From Squalus acanthias (Eukaryota): a DNA stretch of 64,000 nucleotides. The stretch lies in NCBI GenBank assembly GCA_030390025.1, contig CM059432.1, positions 57,786,001 through 57,850,000 on the forward strand, read 5' to 3'. Numbering within the stretch: position 1 is the stretch's first letter; every line of letters starts with the position of its first letter. This document shows, piece after piece, positions 36,890 to 50,685 of the stretch. Position numbers and translations under genes: made by a program. The notes below the pieces were generated by a model. That model was not told the DNA's origin. It did not search any database and saw only the letters and a program-made list of their open reading frames with translations.

Positions 36890-39800
36890 GTATTACAAAG
36901 TATTTACAGCACAGAAACAGGCCATTTGGCCCAATAGGTCTATGCCGGTGTTCGTGCTCCACACGAGCCTCCACCCACCCTTCATCTAACCCCATCAACA
37001 TATACTTCTATTCCTTACTCCCTCATATGCTTATTATCTAGCTTCTCCTTAAATGTATCTATGCTATTCACCTCAACTACTCCTTGTGGTAGTGAGTTCC
37101 ACATTCTAACCACTCTCAATCAGAAATGTACGGCACAGGAGGCCATTTGGCACATCATGTCTGTCCTTGCCGAAAGAGCTATCTAGCCTAATCCCATTTT
37201 CCAGCTCTTGGTCCGTAACCTTGTAGGTTAAGGCACTTCCAAGTGCATATCCAAATACTTTTTAAATGCAGTGAGAGTTTCTGCCTCTACCACCCTTTCA
37301 GGCAGAGTTCCAGACCTCCACCATCCTCTGGGTGAAGAAAGTTCTCCTCAACTCCCCTCTAATCCTTCTACTAATTACTTTAAATCTATGCCCCCTACTT
37401 ATTGAAGTCTCTGCTAGGGCAAATAGGTGCTTCCTATCCACTCTATCTAGGCCCCTCATAATTTTATACACTTCAACTAAGTCTCTCCTCTGCTCCAAAG
37501 AAAACAACCCCAGCCTATCCAATCTTTCCTCATAGCTAAAATTCTCCAGTCCTGGCAACATCCTCGTAAATCTCCTCTGTACCCTCTCTAGTGCAATCAC
37601 ATCTTTCCTGTAATGTGGTGACTAGAACTGTACGCTGTGACCTAGCTAGTGTTTTATACAGTTTAAGCATAACCTCCCTGCTCTTCTTACTCAGAGTGAA
37701 GAAGTTTCTCCTGAATTCCCTATTGGAGTTATTAGTGACTATCTTATATTTATGGCCCTTAATCTGGTCTCACCTGCAAGTGGGAACATCTTCTCTACAT
37801 ATACCCTATCAAACCCTTTCACAATCTTAAAGACCTCTATCAGATCACCCATTAGTCTCTTTTTCTAGAGAAAAGAGTCCCAGCCTGTTCAATCTTTCCC
37901 GATAGGTATAACACCTCAGTTCTGGTATAATTCTAGTAAATCTTTTTTGCACCTTCTCCAGTATCTCTATTATAACATGGAGACCAGAACTAGTTACAGT
38001 ACTCCGCTTTAGAACCTTGGTTAGACAGTTTAACATAACTTCTCTGCTTTTCAATTCTATCCTCTAGAAATGAACCCTAGTGCCTGGTTTGCTTTTTTTA
38101 TGGCCCTATTCCCTCTGGCGAGTGGGTCAATAACCAGAGGTCATAGATTTAAAATCAGTGTCAAAAGATCTAGAAAAGAGATGAGGAGAATTTATTTCAC
38201 TCAGGAGAGTTGTTAGAATCTGGAACGCTCTACCTGAAAAAGGTGGTGGAAGCTGATTCCATAAATCATTTTTAAAAAGTTGGACAGGTACTTGAGGATG
38301 AGGAACTTACAAGGTTACGGACAAAAAGCGAGGGTGTGGGACTAAGCACGACTGCTCTTTCAAAGAGCCAGCACAGGCACAGCAGGCCGAATGGCCTCCT
38401 TCTGTGCTGCAAGTTTCTATGATTCTATGATTAACCTACGTCACTACTTTTTAGTGATTTGTGTATCTGTAGCCCCAGATCTCTGTTCCTCTACCCCATT
38501 TATAAACTCGTTTTCCAAGGAGTATGTGGCCTGCTTATTCTTCCTATCAAAATGTACTACAGGTTGAGCGTCTAAAATCCGGAGTTCCGGAATCCGGACT
38601 CTGGGACGATTGGTGGCAGGGTTGTCCGGAATCCGTAAAATGTTCCGGAATCCAGACACCCTGTCAAACCGCAACCTGGGCCCAGGCATTTCCGGACTCG
38701 GAACGAGTTTCTGATGTCCGAAGTCCGGAAACGCCCGATCCCAGGTTGTGATATTTCCAGACTTCGGACAACAGAAACACGTTCCAAAGTCCGGAAAAAC
38801 ATGAAAACCGGCTCGGCCTCGGTCCCGAGGTTGCCGGATTCAGGACGCTCAACCTGTACCTTACACTTCTCTATATTGAAGTTCATTTGCCAATTACACG
38901 CCCATTCTGCAAGTTTATTAATGCCTTCCTGTATAGTCAGTCCTCCTCTGTATTAACTACACGCAATTTGATGTCATCCGCAAATTTTGAAATTATACTT
39001 CAGATTAGAGTCCAAATCGTTTATGTAAATGGTGAAAAAGTGGTCCCAGCATAGATCCTTGTGGAGCACCATTTCCCACCATTTGCCAATCTGAGTAACT
39101 ACCTTTAACCCTTGCTCTCTTCTGTAGCCAGCTTGCTATCCATTCTGCTACTTGTCCCTGACTCCAGATGTTCTGACCGTAGTCATGAGTCTACTATGCG
39201 GTACCTTATCAAAGGCTTTTTGGAAATGCAAATATATTACATCTACATTACCCTTACCTACCCTTTCTGTTACTTCTCCAAAGAATTCAATAAGGTTGGT
39301 CAAGCATGACTGTCCCTTTTGGAATACGAACTGACTATTTTTTTTTCAGTTTCTAGATGATTTTCTATTACATCTTTGGATAAGGATTGCATTATCTTTC
39401 CTACCACCGACGTTAAGCTAATTGGTCTATGGTTCCCTGGACTTGTTCCATCTCCTTTTTATATATAGGAATCACATTAGCTGTCTGCCACTCCTCAGGC
39501 ACTATTCCCTTTTCTAACAATATTTTAATATATATGTAATAGTGCCTCTATTTCTTCCCTAACTTCTTTTAATATGCACGGATGCAATCCATCCAGACCA
39601 GGGGTTTTATCCTTTATCAAATTATCTCCTCCTTTCTATCTTAAATATATATTTTTTTAAATCTCTTCTAATGCCATGTCCACCATGTTAGTCTCCCTGG
39701 TAAATCTGAGGCAACGTAATTATTTAATATTTCTGCCATTTCACTTTGAGTTTATCGTGTGTATGCCTTGGTGGCCCTATCCCTATCCTGATTTTTCTTT

Positions 39801-40070
39801 GTGTTTGTAGAATACTTTACTATTTTTTTTATATTCCTTGATAATTTAATTTTGTAGTTTCTCTTTGCCTTCCTAATTTTTTTTGATTTCTTTCCTAACC
39901 TTATGTATTCCCTTTTGTCATCCTCTCCTTTGTTATTTATGTACTTAGTGTATGTCTTTTTCTTTAGTTTCAATTTTGCCGATATTTCTCTATTCTTCTA
40001 TGGTGTCATTACTGGCTAGTTTGTTCTGGCTTTCCAGTGGGATATATTTCTCCAGGACTCTATCACTGCT
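36890..40070 (-). mobile_element. Cluster of nested CR1 fragments in the RNF139 intron (mostly -, one + 3' end at about 38108-38432)
   Basis: ALERVQRRFTRMLPGL, LEKVQKRFTRIIP, KAFWKCK shadows; several TTCTATGA-type tails. Confidence 0.85.
38560..38856. mobile_element. Tc1/mariner (Tigger-like) MITE inserted in CR1
   Basis: 13-bp perfect TIR caggttgagcgtc / gacgctcaacctg, TA on both sides; CR1 resumes after it. Confidence 0.85.
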
Positions 40071-41124
40071 TTAGTAGGAAGCAATTATCTGAACACCTTG
40101 GGACTAGAAGGGAATCTGTTAAAATTTACATTGTATAAAATCAGGAAGTAACACAGCTGGAGAAATAAGACACTGACCCACCTACAAACAAACCAGAACA
40201 GTGACACAAAGCAAGACCACCAGTGTCCCAAATCCAAATAACTGAACAAATTGCTTCAGCTCTCAAACCTGTCTTGCTTAAACTCAAGCACAATCATTCT
40301 AAGAATCATGCTTTCAGTGGTATAAGTAGCCATAGTTATATACTGAAGTATGAGTGCCCAAACTAAACAGAAGGATAAAGTACACTGTAGCAAGTTTGAA
40401 TGATTTACATTGTAAAATTTAAGAGCTGAAAAACAGGGTCCTTGTAACATGATGCTGGGCATTATAACAAAGTGTTCATAACTCCAAAGTTATATGTTGG
40501 AACATCACATATTGGAAGGGATATTTACAAGGAAATAACACAGGATAGCCAACTAGCATCTCGTAAGCCACATGAAGCTCTCTTGGCTGAATTGTGAATG
40601 TTTTGTTTAGCTGTACCGTGAATACTTTATTTAGCTATATTGCAATGCACTCAGTTTGAATGTAATGGGTGCAGAACAAAGGATGGATTCAGCCTTAAAA
40701 TAGGTAGCCATCTTTCCAGTCTAACCCAACCAACATATCTTAAATTCATTGTAATATATTTATTACTGGTTGTGCAGTAACTAGTGCCCTTCTCCATTAT
40801 GTCACAAAACTAATGACGATCCCTATCCTAAACTTATACATCACCTTCATGCAAAATGGAGCTGTTTCTGTTATGATGGTTAATGTTAGGAAATAAGCTA
40901 TATGCACATCTTAACTAAATCCCCCAATGTTAATGGTGGATTAAGTTGGAATTTTTTTCTAATGTGATACTGCAATATTTTTAGCTCAAAGTAGTCCATT
41001 CCTGATTTCAGCAAGGTTGCATGAACTACTTGTAGGCTATACCAGAGAGCTCATTGCAAAATGTTTCTTTATTTTTACATTAAAAAAGTCACTGTGCAGT
41101 TTGTCACTGGTATTAATAGTTACA

Positions 41125-41580
41125 GGCCTAGAAATTCAGGTGGTTTGCGCCACCCGTTACCACCCAGCTGGTGGCGGGTCCCACAACGACCGCCATTTTC
41201 GGCAGGTCGGCAGCGCTGCCGTTGCTTGCCATCGGCGAGAGTATTCTAATGAGTTGGAGCATGACGTCAATTGGCGTGCAACACCGAGTTGACGCCAGCT
41301 CATCCATTTTGGAGTTCTCCACTTGCATTGCCGCCCGCGCTAAAGCATGCCCGTAAGTGCTGCTGCTAAAAGGTGTTTCAGCAGCGTTAACGGCCATGAG
41401 GATTTTGGCCGGACTTACGAGGATGGTCACTGACAAGTGGAAAACACCTCAGACGGATGCCGGAACTTCCGTCAAACACCTCCTTTGCCAAGGTTCTTCT
41501 TTTAAACTTTCATTTTTTGCCCATCAGCGGCCGGGGCGGGGGTGTTCCAGGAGGCCTACAGCATTTGTGGGTCAGTAAAT
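41125..41580. mobile_element. Probable partial MITE, CpG-rich
   Basis: Starts ggcctagaaatt, resembling the TIRs of the other MITEs; second TIR not found. Confidence 0.35.
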
Positions 41581-41586
41581 AATTTC

Positions 41587-41785
41587 ACAAACAACCACAA
41601 CCACCACAACCTGTATTTATATAGCGCCTTTATAGTAAAATGTCCCAAGGCACTTCACAGGAGTATTATAAAACAAAATTTGATGCTGAGCCACTTAAGG
41701 AGAAATTAGGGCAATGACCAAAAGCTTGGTCAAAGAAGTAGGTTTTAAGGAGCATCTTAAAGGAGGAAAGAGAGGTAGAGAGAAA
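41587..41785 (-). mobile_element. L2 LINE 3' tail
   Basis: Similar to 7298-7500. Confidence 0.8.
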
Positions 41786-42064
41786 CATACCCATTTCTTA
41801 TCAATACTCGACTCAACAACTGAACGTAAACAGAAGTTGTTGTTCAAGGTCCGCAAAAAACATAACACTCGCAGTGAAGTTCACATCCACTTCTGTTGAT
41901 GCAGCTCTTGATAATTAAATGTTATTCCATTTATTGATACAGGTCAATAGTATAATTCCATCTGCCTAAACTGAAAACCAAACATGATCGAAATATATTT
42001 GAGACCTGTGGAGGCGGATTCAGACTGTATTATATGACAAGACTCACAGTTGGATTTCAGATGG

Positions 42065-45000
42065 ATAGGCCCAGATAATCATATTAGCATGGATAGAGGA
42101 TTGGTTAACGGACAGAAAACAAAGAGAGGAGATAAACAGGTCATTTTCCAGTTGGCAGGCTGTAACTAGTGGGGTGTTGCAAGGATCAGTGTTGGGGCCT
42201 CAGCTATTTATAATCTATATTAATGACTTAGATGAAGAGACCGAGTGCAATGTATCCAAGTTTGCTGACGATACAAAGCTAAGTGGGAAAGTAAGCTGTG
42301 AGGAGGACACAAAGAGCCTGCAAAGGGATATAGACAGGTTAAGTGAGTGGGTAATAAGGTCGCAGATGGAGTATAAATGTCGGGAAATGTGAGGTTATTC
42401 ACTTTAGTAGGAATATTTTTTAAATGGTGAGAAACTATTAAATATTGGTGTACAGAGAGAGCTAGGTGTCCTCGTACAGGAAACAAGAGTTAGCATACAG
42501 GTACAGCAAGCAATTAGGAAGGCAAATGGCATGTTGGCCTTTATTGCAAGGGTGGGAGTACAAGAGTAAGGAAGTCTTGCAATAATTGTACAGGGCTTTG
42601 GCGAGACCACAACTGGAGTACTGTGCATAGTTTTGGTCTCTTTATCGGAGAAAGGACATACTTGCCTTCGAGGCGGTGCAACGAAGGTTCACTAGATTGA
42701 TTCCTGGACTGAGAGGGCTGTCCTATGAGGAGAGATTGAGCCTATGCGCCAATTTAGCCATCATCTTTCTGCATTGCTACTGACTCTCATTCCTACAGCA
42801 ACAACCGCCATCCTTGAACTCTCTACCCTTCAATTAGCTTCTGGACTTCACTCACCTGCTTTGGACAGCGGTTCGTCGATGCTCCGGGCCGGCCCCATCC
42901 TGCTTACGTCAGCTTGTCCTTCCATGGGACCTCTGACTTTGACCCTGGTCTCCCTACTATTGTCCCCAACCTATTCCCTGCTATCAGGAAATATGTATTC
43001 CATTAATTATTACATTTAAACAGGCCTATGTAACCTGAGCTGATCCCGTGTCCATTCGCGTGCGCACTTTGGCTGCCGCGCCGGACCCGAGCCATTCCAC
43101 TTTCCCCCCCTATTTTCCTTTTCTCTCTATCCCTCCCTAACCACTCTCTCCTGTCGTCATGCCTCCTTTCATCTCTCCGATACACTGCCCTCCCAAATCC
43201 CTACCCCAATCCTTCATTACTCTTCGACCTTCCTACTCTCCTGCCGCTGTCCTAGGCTTCACTCCCTCTTGGATAAGCCCACAGCTTCCCTCTGTGCCTC
43301 TCTTGGCATCCTACGAAGGGCCCATTGAGTCACTTGTCGCTGCCGCCTTACGAGCAGCAACCCCAACTGTCCCATCCTACTCCCTCGCCGACCTTCCCAC
43401 CCAGCGCGCTCACTGGGGGAAAATCTTGCCAATCTCCTCTCCATCCAACTCATACCCCCCAACGCTGACCCTGTGAACGCTGACAGTGGGGCAGCCATCA
43501 CTGATCCTCTTCACATCTCCCTCCAGAACGTCCGTTCACTTGCGAGCAAGGCCCTTGCCATCCATGAGCTTATCGTGGATGATTGCATCGACATCATGGC
43601 CCTGACGGAAACTTGGTTGAGGTGCGATGACACCTTACCCTTAAATGAAGCCTCCCCACCTGGCTATACCTTCCACCACTTGCCCCGCTCATACTGCCGT
43701 GGTGGTGGTGTGGCTCTCATCACCAAATCACACCTCGGTCTGTCACCCTACTCCTCCGGCAGTTTCTCCTCCTTTGAGCATCTCACCTTATTCCACCCCT
43801 CTCACCTCATTTAAAATTCTTGTTCTCTACCGCCCACCCAAGTACCATAAAATTTTATTACTGAGATATCTTCACTGCTCTCCTCCCTCAGCATCGAACG
43901 ACTTCTCATCCTCAGTGATTTCAACCTCCATCTCAATTCATCAGGCTCTCTCTCCTCTGAGTTCACTAGCATCCTATCCTCCCTTAATCTCTCCCTCCAT
44001 GTAAACTCCCCAACCCATATTCACGGCCACCCCCTCGGCCTTGCCACTCCCATCGTGTCAATCGCAGATAAGACCATCTCTGACCACTTCCTCGTATCGC
44101 TCTCCACCTACATCCCCCTTCCACCACCCCCCCCAACCCGACTTCCTTCGGTGTCCGGCCCTGGAAAAAACTCTCTCCCAACTGCACTTATGAAATCCCA
44201 ACTGTCTAGCCTTTGGCCCTCCATTCACCATGACATTTCTGCAGCTACCGATCTGCTCAACCACACCCTCACAACCACCTTTGATGTCCTAGTCCCTGCT
44301 AAAACAATTGCTCACACCCTGGCCGTTCCCCCTGGTACAGCTCTCATCTTCGCTCCCTTAAGTCCAAGGGACGCAGACTCGAACGGATATGGCGGACAAC
44401 TGGTTTAGCCATTCACCGCAGATCTGGCTGGACCACAAAGCATTATCAGGTCCTGCTCTCGTCTGCCAAAATTGCTCACTATTCCAGAATCATTCTGGAA
44501 TGCAGAGATAAACCCTGGCTCCTATTCTCTACCGCTAACCATCTTCTTAAACCCCTCTCCCGTGTCTCCTCCACCCTCACCTCCGATAACAAGTGTGAGG
44601 AGCTCATGGACCTTTGTCTATAAGATTGAGATCATCCGTTCAGCTGCCTCTGCCACTTCCCTTCCTTCCCCTAGCCCACTGGGTCAAACTTCCTCTAAGT
44701 GTCCCCCCTGCCCTAGCCCTGAACTCACATCTTTCTCCAGTTTCTCTCCGATCTTCCCTCATGACCTCTCCGCGCTCATCTTGTCCATGAGACCGACCTC
44801 CTGCTCCCTCGACCCTATTCCCACCAAACTGCTGACCACCCAACTTCCTTTTCTGGCTCCCATGTTAGCTGACATTGTTAACGGTTCTCTCTCCTCAGGT
44901 AGTGTCCCCCTCTCCCTCAAATCTGCCGTCATCACCCCACTCTTCAAAAACCCAACCCTTGACCCCTCCGTCCTTGAAACTACCGCCCCATCTCCAACCT

Positions 45001-46795
45001 CCCTTTCCTCTCCAAATTCCTTGAATGTGTTGTCGCCTCCCAAATCCATGCCCATCTTTCCCACAATTCCAGGTTTGAATCCCTCCAATCAGGTTTCCGC
45101 CCTTGCCACAGTACCGAATGGCTCTCATCAAAAAGGCACAAGTGACATCCTTTGTGACTGACAAAGGTAAACTATCCCTCCTCATCCTTCTGGACTTGTT
45201 TGCAGCCTTTGACACGGTTGACCACTCCATCCTTCTCCAACGTCGTCCAGCTGGGTGGAACTGCACTCGCCTAGTTCCATTCTTATCTATCTAATCATAG
45301 CCAGAGAATCACCTGCAACGGCTTCTCTTCCTGCTCCCACATCATTACCTCTGGTGTCCCCCAAGGATCTATCCTTGGCCCCCTCCTATTTCTCATCTAC
45401 ATGTTGCCCCTTGGCGACATCATCAAAACACACAGCGTCAGTTTCCATATGATCACTGACGACACCCAGCTCTACCTCACTACTTCTTCTCTAGACCCCT
45501 CCACAGTCTCTAAATTGTCAGACTACTTCTCCGACATACAGTTCTGGATGAGCAGAAATTTTCTCCAATTAAATATTGGGACGACCGAAGCCACAGTTTT
45601 GGTCCCTGCCACAAACTCCGTTCCCTAGCCACTGACTCCATCCCTCTCCCTAACATCTGTCTGAGGCTGAACCACACTGTTCGCAACCTTGGTGTCATAT
45701 TTGACCCTGAAATGAGTTTCCGACCACATATCCGCAGCATAACAAAGACTGCCTATTTCCACCTCCGTAACATCACCGTCTCCACCCTTGTCTCAGCTCA
45801 TCTGCTGCTGAAACCTTCATCCATGCCTTTGTTACCTCTAGACTTGACTATTCCAACACACTCCTGGCTGGCCTCCCACATTCTAGCCTATGTAAACTTG
45901 AGGTCGTCCAAAACTTGACTGCCCGTGTCCTAACTCACACCAAGTCCCGTTCGCCGATCACCACTGTGCTCGCTGACCTACATTGGCTCCCGGTTAAGCA
46001 GCGCCTCGATTTCAAAATTCTCATCCTTGTTTTCAAATCCCTCCAAGGCCTCGCCCCTCCCTAATCTCCTTCAGCCCCACAACCCCTCCCGAGATATCTG
46101 CGCTCCTCTAATTCTGCCCTCTTGAGCATCCCTGATAATAATCACCCAACCATTGGTGGCCATGGCTTCTGTTGCCTAGGCCCCAAGCTCTGGAATTCCC
46201 TGTCTAAACCTCTCCGCCGCACTACCTCTCTTTCCTCCTTTAAGACGTTCCTTAAAACCTACCTCTTTGACCAAGCTTTTGGTCACCTGCCCTAATTTCT
46301 CCTTATGTGGCTTGGTGTCAATTTTTTTGTCTTATAATACTACTGTGCAGCGCCTTGGGACGTTTTACTACGTTAAAGATGCTATATAAATACAAGTTGT
46401 TGTTATGCTCTCTGGAGTTTAGAAGAATGAGAGACGATCTCATTGAAACACATACGATTCTGAGGGGGAATGACAGGGTAGATGCTGAGAGTTTGTTTTC
46501 TCTGGCTGGAGTGTCTAGAACGAGGTGTCACAGTCTCAGGACAGGGGGGTCAGCCATTTAGGACTGAGATGAGGAGGAATTTCTTCACTCAGAGGGTTAT
46601 GAATCTTTGGAATTCTCTACCCCAAGGGCTGTGGATGCTAAATCGTTGAGTATATTCAAGGCTGAAACAGGTAGATTTTTGGATTCATGGGGAATGAAGG
46701 GATATGGAGATCAGGCAGGAAAGTGAAGTTGAGGTCGGATGGCGGAGCAGGCTCGAGGGGTCGTATGGCCTATTTCTGCTCCTATTTCTTATGTT
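42065..46795 (+). mobile_element. CR1 fragment split by an L2 insertion (42065-42747 and 46404-46795)
   Basis: [15 protein letters not shown] left of the L2; SLEFRRMRDDLIE and CR1 3' UTR right of it. Confidence 0.85.
42748..46403 (+). mobile_element. Long (about 3.65 kb) decayed L2-clade LINE, APE + RT
   Basis: LQNVRSL, ALTETWL, GGGVA, SDHF, SCSLDPIPT, LLDLFAAFDTVDH, DDTQLY; (ttg)n tail; tatgc direct repeat at both ends. Confidence 0.9.
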
Positions 46796-47310
46796 CACTA
46801 TTTGGATGTTGAGGATGATTTGGCGATAGCTCCTGAAACTTGGCTGGATCAAGGGCCTTACAAATGTGAGGAGCCGTGCAGAGTTCCAGCATCGCCTTTG
46901 TCAAAGAATTGCGTCTTTGCGGTTTCTCATGGAACGAAGAACATAGGGACTTGAAGGATTTCTTTGTGCAAACTGTATTCTGGACATTCATGTAGTTTAC
47001 ATTAAAAAAATGTCTTGGTTTGCAATTGTGCCTCATCTTGCTAGAGCGCTTTTCAATCCACCTTCTATAAAAAGACAGGAGAATTCTCATGACAGCACGA
47101 GATTACAGTAGCAACAAGTTACAATCGCAACATCCCACTACAATTTAAATCTATACTGGACAGTAAAGTGGGACCTCTGGATCATAAGAGGATAGAAAAC
47201 CCACTTACAAGAGTATCCGGTGACATGGAACCCAAGGGAATATTTAGCAAAGAACCATGAAAATTTGTAACACCACTTATAATTTAATGAGCACCAAAAA
47301 CGAAGACCAC

Positions 47311-47995
47311 GGCTCGTAATTTGCAGTCAGCGGCGAAGCAAAGGCGCTCGCCGCTGGCCTCGAAGAAAGCTGCACACAGAGATCTCGATCTCTGTGGTGA
47401 AAAGTTTGCCTTTCTCGACGTGCAATTCATTATAGCGCAGTGTAATAGGAATTCCCAGCGAAAGGCTGCAGTGGCGTCAACAAGCTGTCTAAGCAGCCAT
47501 CACGTTGAAGAATTCGCAGACAGCAAACCAGGAAATGAAAAGCAGCTTTTCTAAAAATGTTAAGAGTGAAATAAAGATTGGGACCTTCATATGGGGATAA
47601 GGTAGAGGCTGAAATATCAACAAACTTTTTAAACAATTGTAATTTTTAATCATAATGGAGAAATGTGACACTCCACAAATATAAAAATTAGTTTTTCAGG
47701 GCCAGAACGGTTGTTTGGCAGTCGATACGCTGTTAAAATCCCCAACAAGGCTTAACATTTAATGGGGTATTTAACAGCGATATTAGTGTGGAAAAGCCCA
47801 AGTTTTTGTCAGTTTCACCGATTGCCGGCTATTGGGGGGGGGGGGGGGGGTCCACAGTGCAGCCTGTGTCGGAACTTCAGGATTTCCACGTTTAGATGCA
47901 CATGCGCTAAATCCTGAAGTTGCAGACAGTTTCAGAGGGGTAACGACGGCGAACGCGGACAGTTCGTCGTCATTACCCACTGCAAAATCCGGGCC
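47311..47995. mobile_element. Harbinger-like MITE
   Basis: Imperfect TIRs ggctcgtaatttgcagt / actgcaaaatccgggcc; cac on both flanks. Confidence 0.6.
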
Positions 47996-48164
47996 CACGT
48001 ATCCCAATTTCCAGAAAACTCGACCTGACTGGTCCTGTAGACAATTAGTTTCCAGGGCTCCATTTCGAAATTGGGTAAGGAAAGATCAGTTCCATCCAAC
48101 TCTAGCTATACAAAATACTCCATACTTGTGTCTGTTACATTCCTCGTTTGGAAAGAGGACTTCG

Positions 48165-48650
48165 AATCATAGAAACTTACAGCACAAAAGGAGGCCATTT
48201 GGCCAGTCGTGCCTTTGAAAGAGCAGTTGTCCCATGCCTCTGCTTTTTGTCCGCAACCCTGTAAGTTCCTCATCCTCAATACCTGTCCAACTCCCTTTTA
48301 AAATTATTTATGGTATCAGCTTCCACCACCTTTTCAGCTGGAGCGTTCCAGATCCTCTCAATTCTGAGTGAAAATATTTCTTCTCATCTCCCCTCCAGAT
48401 CTTTTGCCAATGATTTTAAATCTATGATCTCTAGTTATTGACCCATTCGCCAGAGGGAATAGCTTTTCTCTATCTACTCCATCAAAACCAATCATCTTGA
48501 AAACCTCTAGGTCACCTCTGAACCTTCTCTGTTCCAAGGAGAACAGTTCCAACACTTCCAACCTCTCCTCATAACTGAAGTCCCTCAATCCCTGGTAACA
48601 TCCTGGTAAAGGCAGGCCTTTACATCTTTCCTGAAGTATGGTGCCCACAA
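48165..48650 (-). mobile_element. CR1 3' fragment
   Basis: FSYEERLEVLELFSLEQRRFRGDL; tail. Confidence 0.85.
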
Positions 48651-48845
48651 ATAGCTGATGGAGAATTTTTTTTATTTTTACCAGTGAATAAGCAGCAAAA
48701 TTCTAAACAATGTTTTCTACAAACAACGGCCATTTGGAATCAGCACACACGAGGAATTAGAGAAAACAAATAACTGTATAATCCAGATTTAAAATTGTTG
48801 AAATAAAAAGTCAAAAGTCATACCGATGAACTGCTGTAGCTTAAT

Positions 48846-48975
48846 TCTAATGAAAAGGTCACCAACCTGAAATGTTAACTGTTTCTCTCTCCACAGATGC
48901 TACATGACCTGCTGAGTGTTTCCAGCATTTTGTTTTTATTTCAGATTTCCAGCATCCAGTAATTTGCTTTCGTTT
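48846..48975 (+). mobile_element. Decayed Penelope-like 3' terminus with degenerate hammerhead motif
   Basis: Similar to 30437-30553; tagcttaat direct repeat at 48837-45 and 48976-84. Confidence 0.7.
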
Positions 48976-50393
48976 TAGCTTAATACAAATTGAAATCATG
49001 CAAAAAGCAATTCCCAATGCAAATTTGGGCATGGAGTTTCTGCTAGGGGTGCGATTGGCAAAATGTGGGCAGAATGCGCTGGACTCTGCGCCAGTTTTAC
49101 AGAGATGAAGTTACGCCCAAGTTTCCGCACAAACTTATTAGCATTCAGCTTGAATATAAAATCTCCCATGAATCAGTGCAAACAAGCAACGTTGTAACTG
49201 GAGCAGGGCAACCTCTAGCATGACAAAGAGGAGTGGGATTGCCAGTAAATGAGCCATTCTTCACATTTTTAAACCAACTGATCTGCAGCAGAGCAGATCA
49301 ATTGACGGATTTAATTCTCTTGGTCTTACTTTTTAAAATTGGCTTCAATTGACTGCTGGTCAGGTGATTAACGCTGGATTCACATGACCATGAAGCTGTG
49401 CGCCTGAGACTCTGGGCTCGACTTGATAACCCCCTCCCCCCCACTCCGCAGCTGGCACAATTGTCAGAAACTCGCTATTCCGACTGGGGACGTGGCCAAT
49501 TTTGTGGGTGGGAACTACTTCAGGTGAAGGGACTTTTGAACCAGTGTAAAAGATCACGGATACGCCAGCGTGAAGTGGTTATGGCCACAAAAGTTCTGTG
49601 ATCTTTTGCGCTATTTCATTTAATTATTTAATTCCATCCAGATTAAGCTGAAATCATGCGGAAGCATGATTTAGTTGGAGGAAATTTCTGCTAATCCAGT
49701 ACTGGATGTCGGACAAGCAGTGTAACAAATCAGAGAGTGGAGGGGTTGAGAGAGGTGGTGGTGAGGTAGAACTTAATGGAACAGCACAGCAAAACACTAA
49801 GATGCCATAAAGCATCATAGAAACGATTAAAATACATGCAAATGAAACTTGAGCACTGTGCAAAGCAAAGTTCAGTCATTTTGTAAAATGTGTGTGACTG
49901 TGGTTTGAACTGTAGGTTTTAAACTTTCTGGTACAGTTATCTCTAAATATATCAAATACTTGTTTTTTCTTCTGGCTCAAGGCTTCAAAAGTTGGCCTGG
50001 AAAGATGTCACAGCATGGGGGGGAAACCCATGCAGTTATGTCAACACATTTCTCAGATGCATTACGTCCTTGAAATACACTTGGCAATGACTCTTCCTGT
50101 TCCATGTCGAGAGATGCCTGGCCTTAGCTGCAAGCATATATGTAGCAGTATGGAAGAGATTGAAGTTTACCAGAGGAAGGTGGGGGGGGGGGGGGGGGAG
50201 AGAGAGAGGGGGGCAGTGGAAAGGGAAGGAGAGGGGCAAGAAGAGAAGAGAATTTAAATAAATCTGTCTCTCTACTTGGTCATGCATTTTTTAACTAGAA
50301 TACTAAAACAAAACCCCCAGCCTACTTTAAGAGTTTTACTAGTTATGCTGCAAGCAAGGAAAAGCCATTAAATTGATCTCTCACTTCCTAGGA

Positions 50394-50685
50394 CTGAGTG
50401 TCAGCGGAGGGTCAGTTGGTAGCACTCTCGCCTGAGTCAAAAGGTTGTGGGTTCAATTCCCACTCCAGAGACTTGAGCACAAAAATCTAGGCTGAAATCT
50501 CAAACAGATTATCTGGTCATTATCACATTGCTGTTTGTGGGAGCTTGCTGTGTGCAATTTGGCTGCCGCGTTTCCTATATTACAACCGTGACCACACTTC
50601 AAAAAATACTTCATTGGCTGTAAAGTGCTTTGGGACGTCAGGTGGTCACGAAAGGCGCTATATAAATGCAAGTCTCTTTCTTTTT
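50394..50685 (+). mobile_element. tRNA-derived SINE with L2-type tail (DeuSINE/SacSINE1-like, internally deleted)
   Basis: A-box-like gggtcagttggtag, B box ggttcaattcc; core attgctgtttgtgggagcttgctgtg; tail aggcgctatataaatgcaagt. Confidence 0.7.

Noticed and set aside
40181..40426. Possible extra RNF139 exon (tttttcag acceptor, gtgggt donor on the minus strand)
   Set aside because: Stops in all frames I read and no similarity to the RNF139 N-terminus; unsupported without RNA data.
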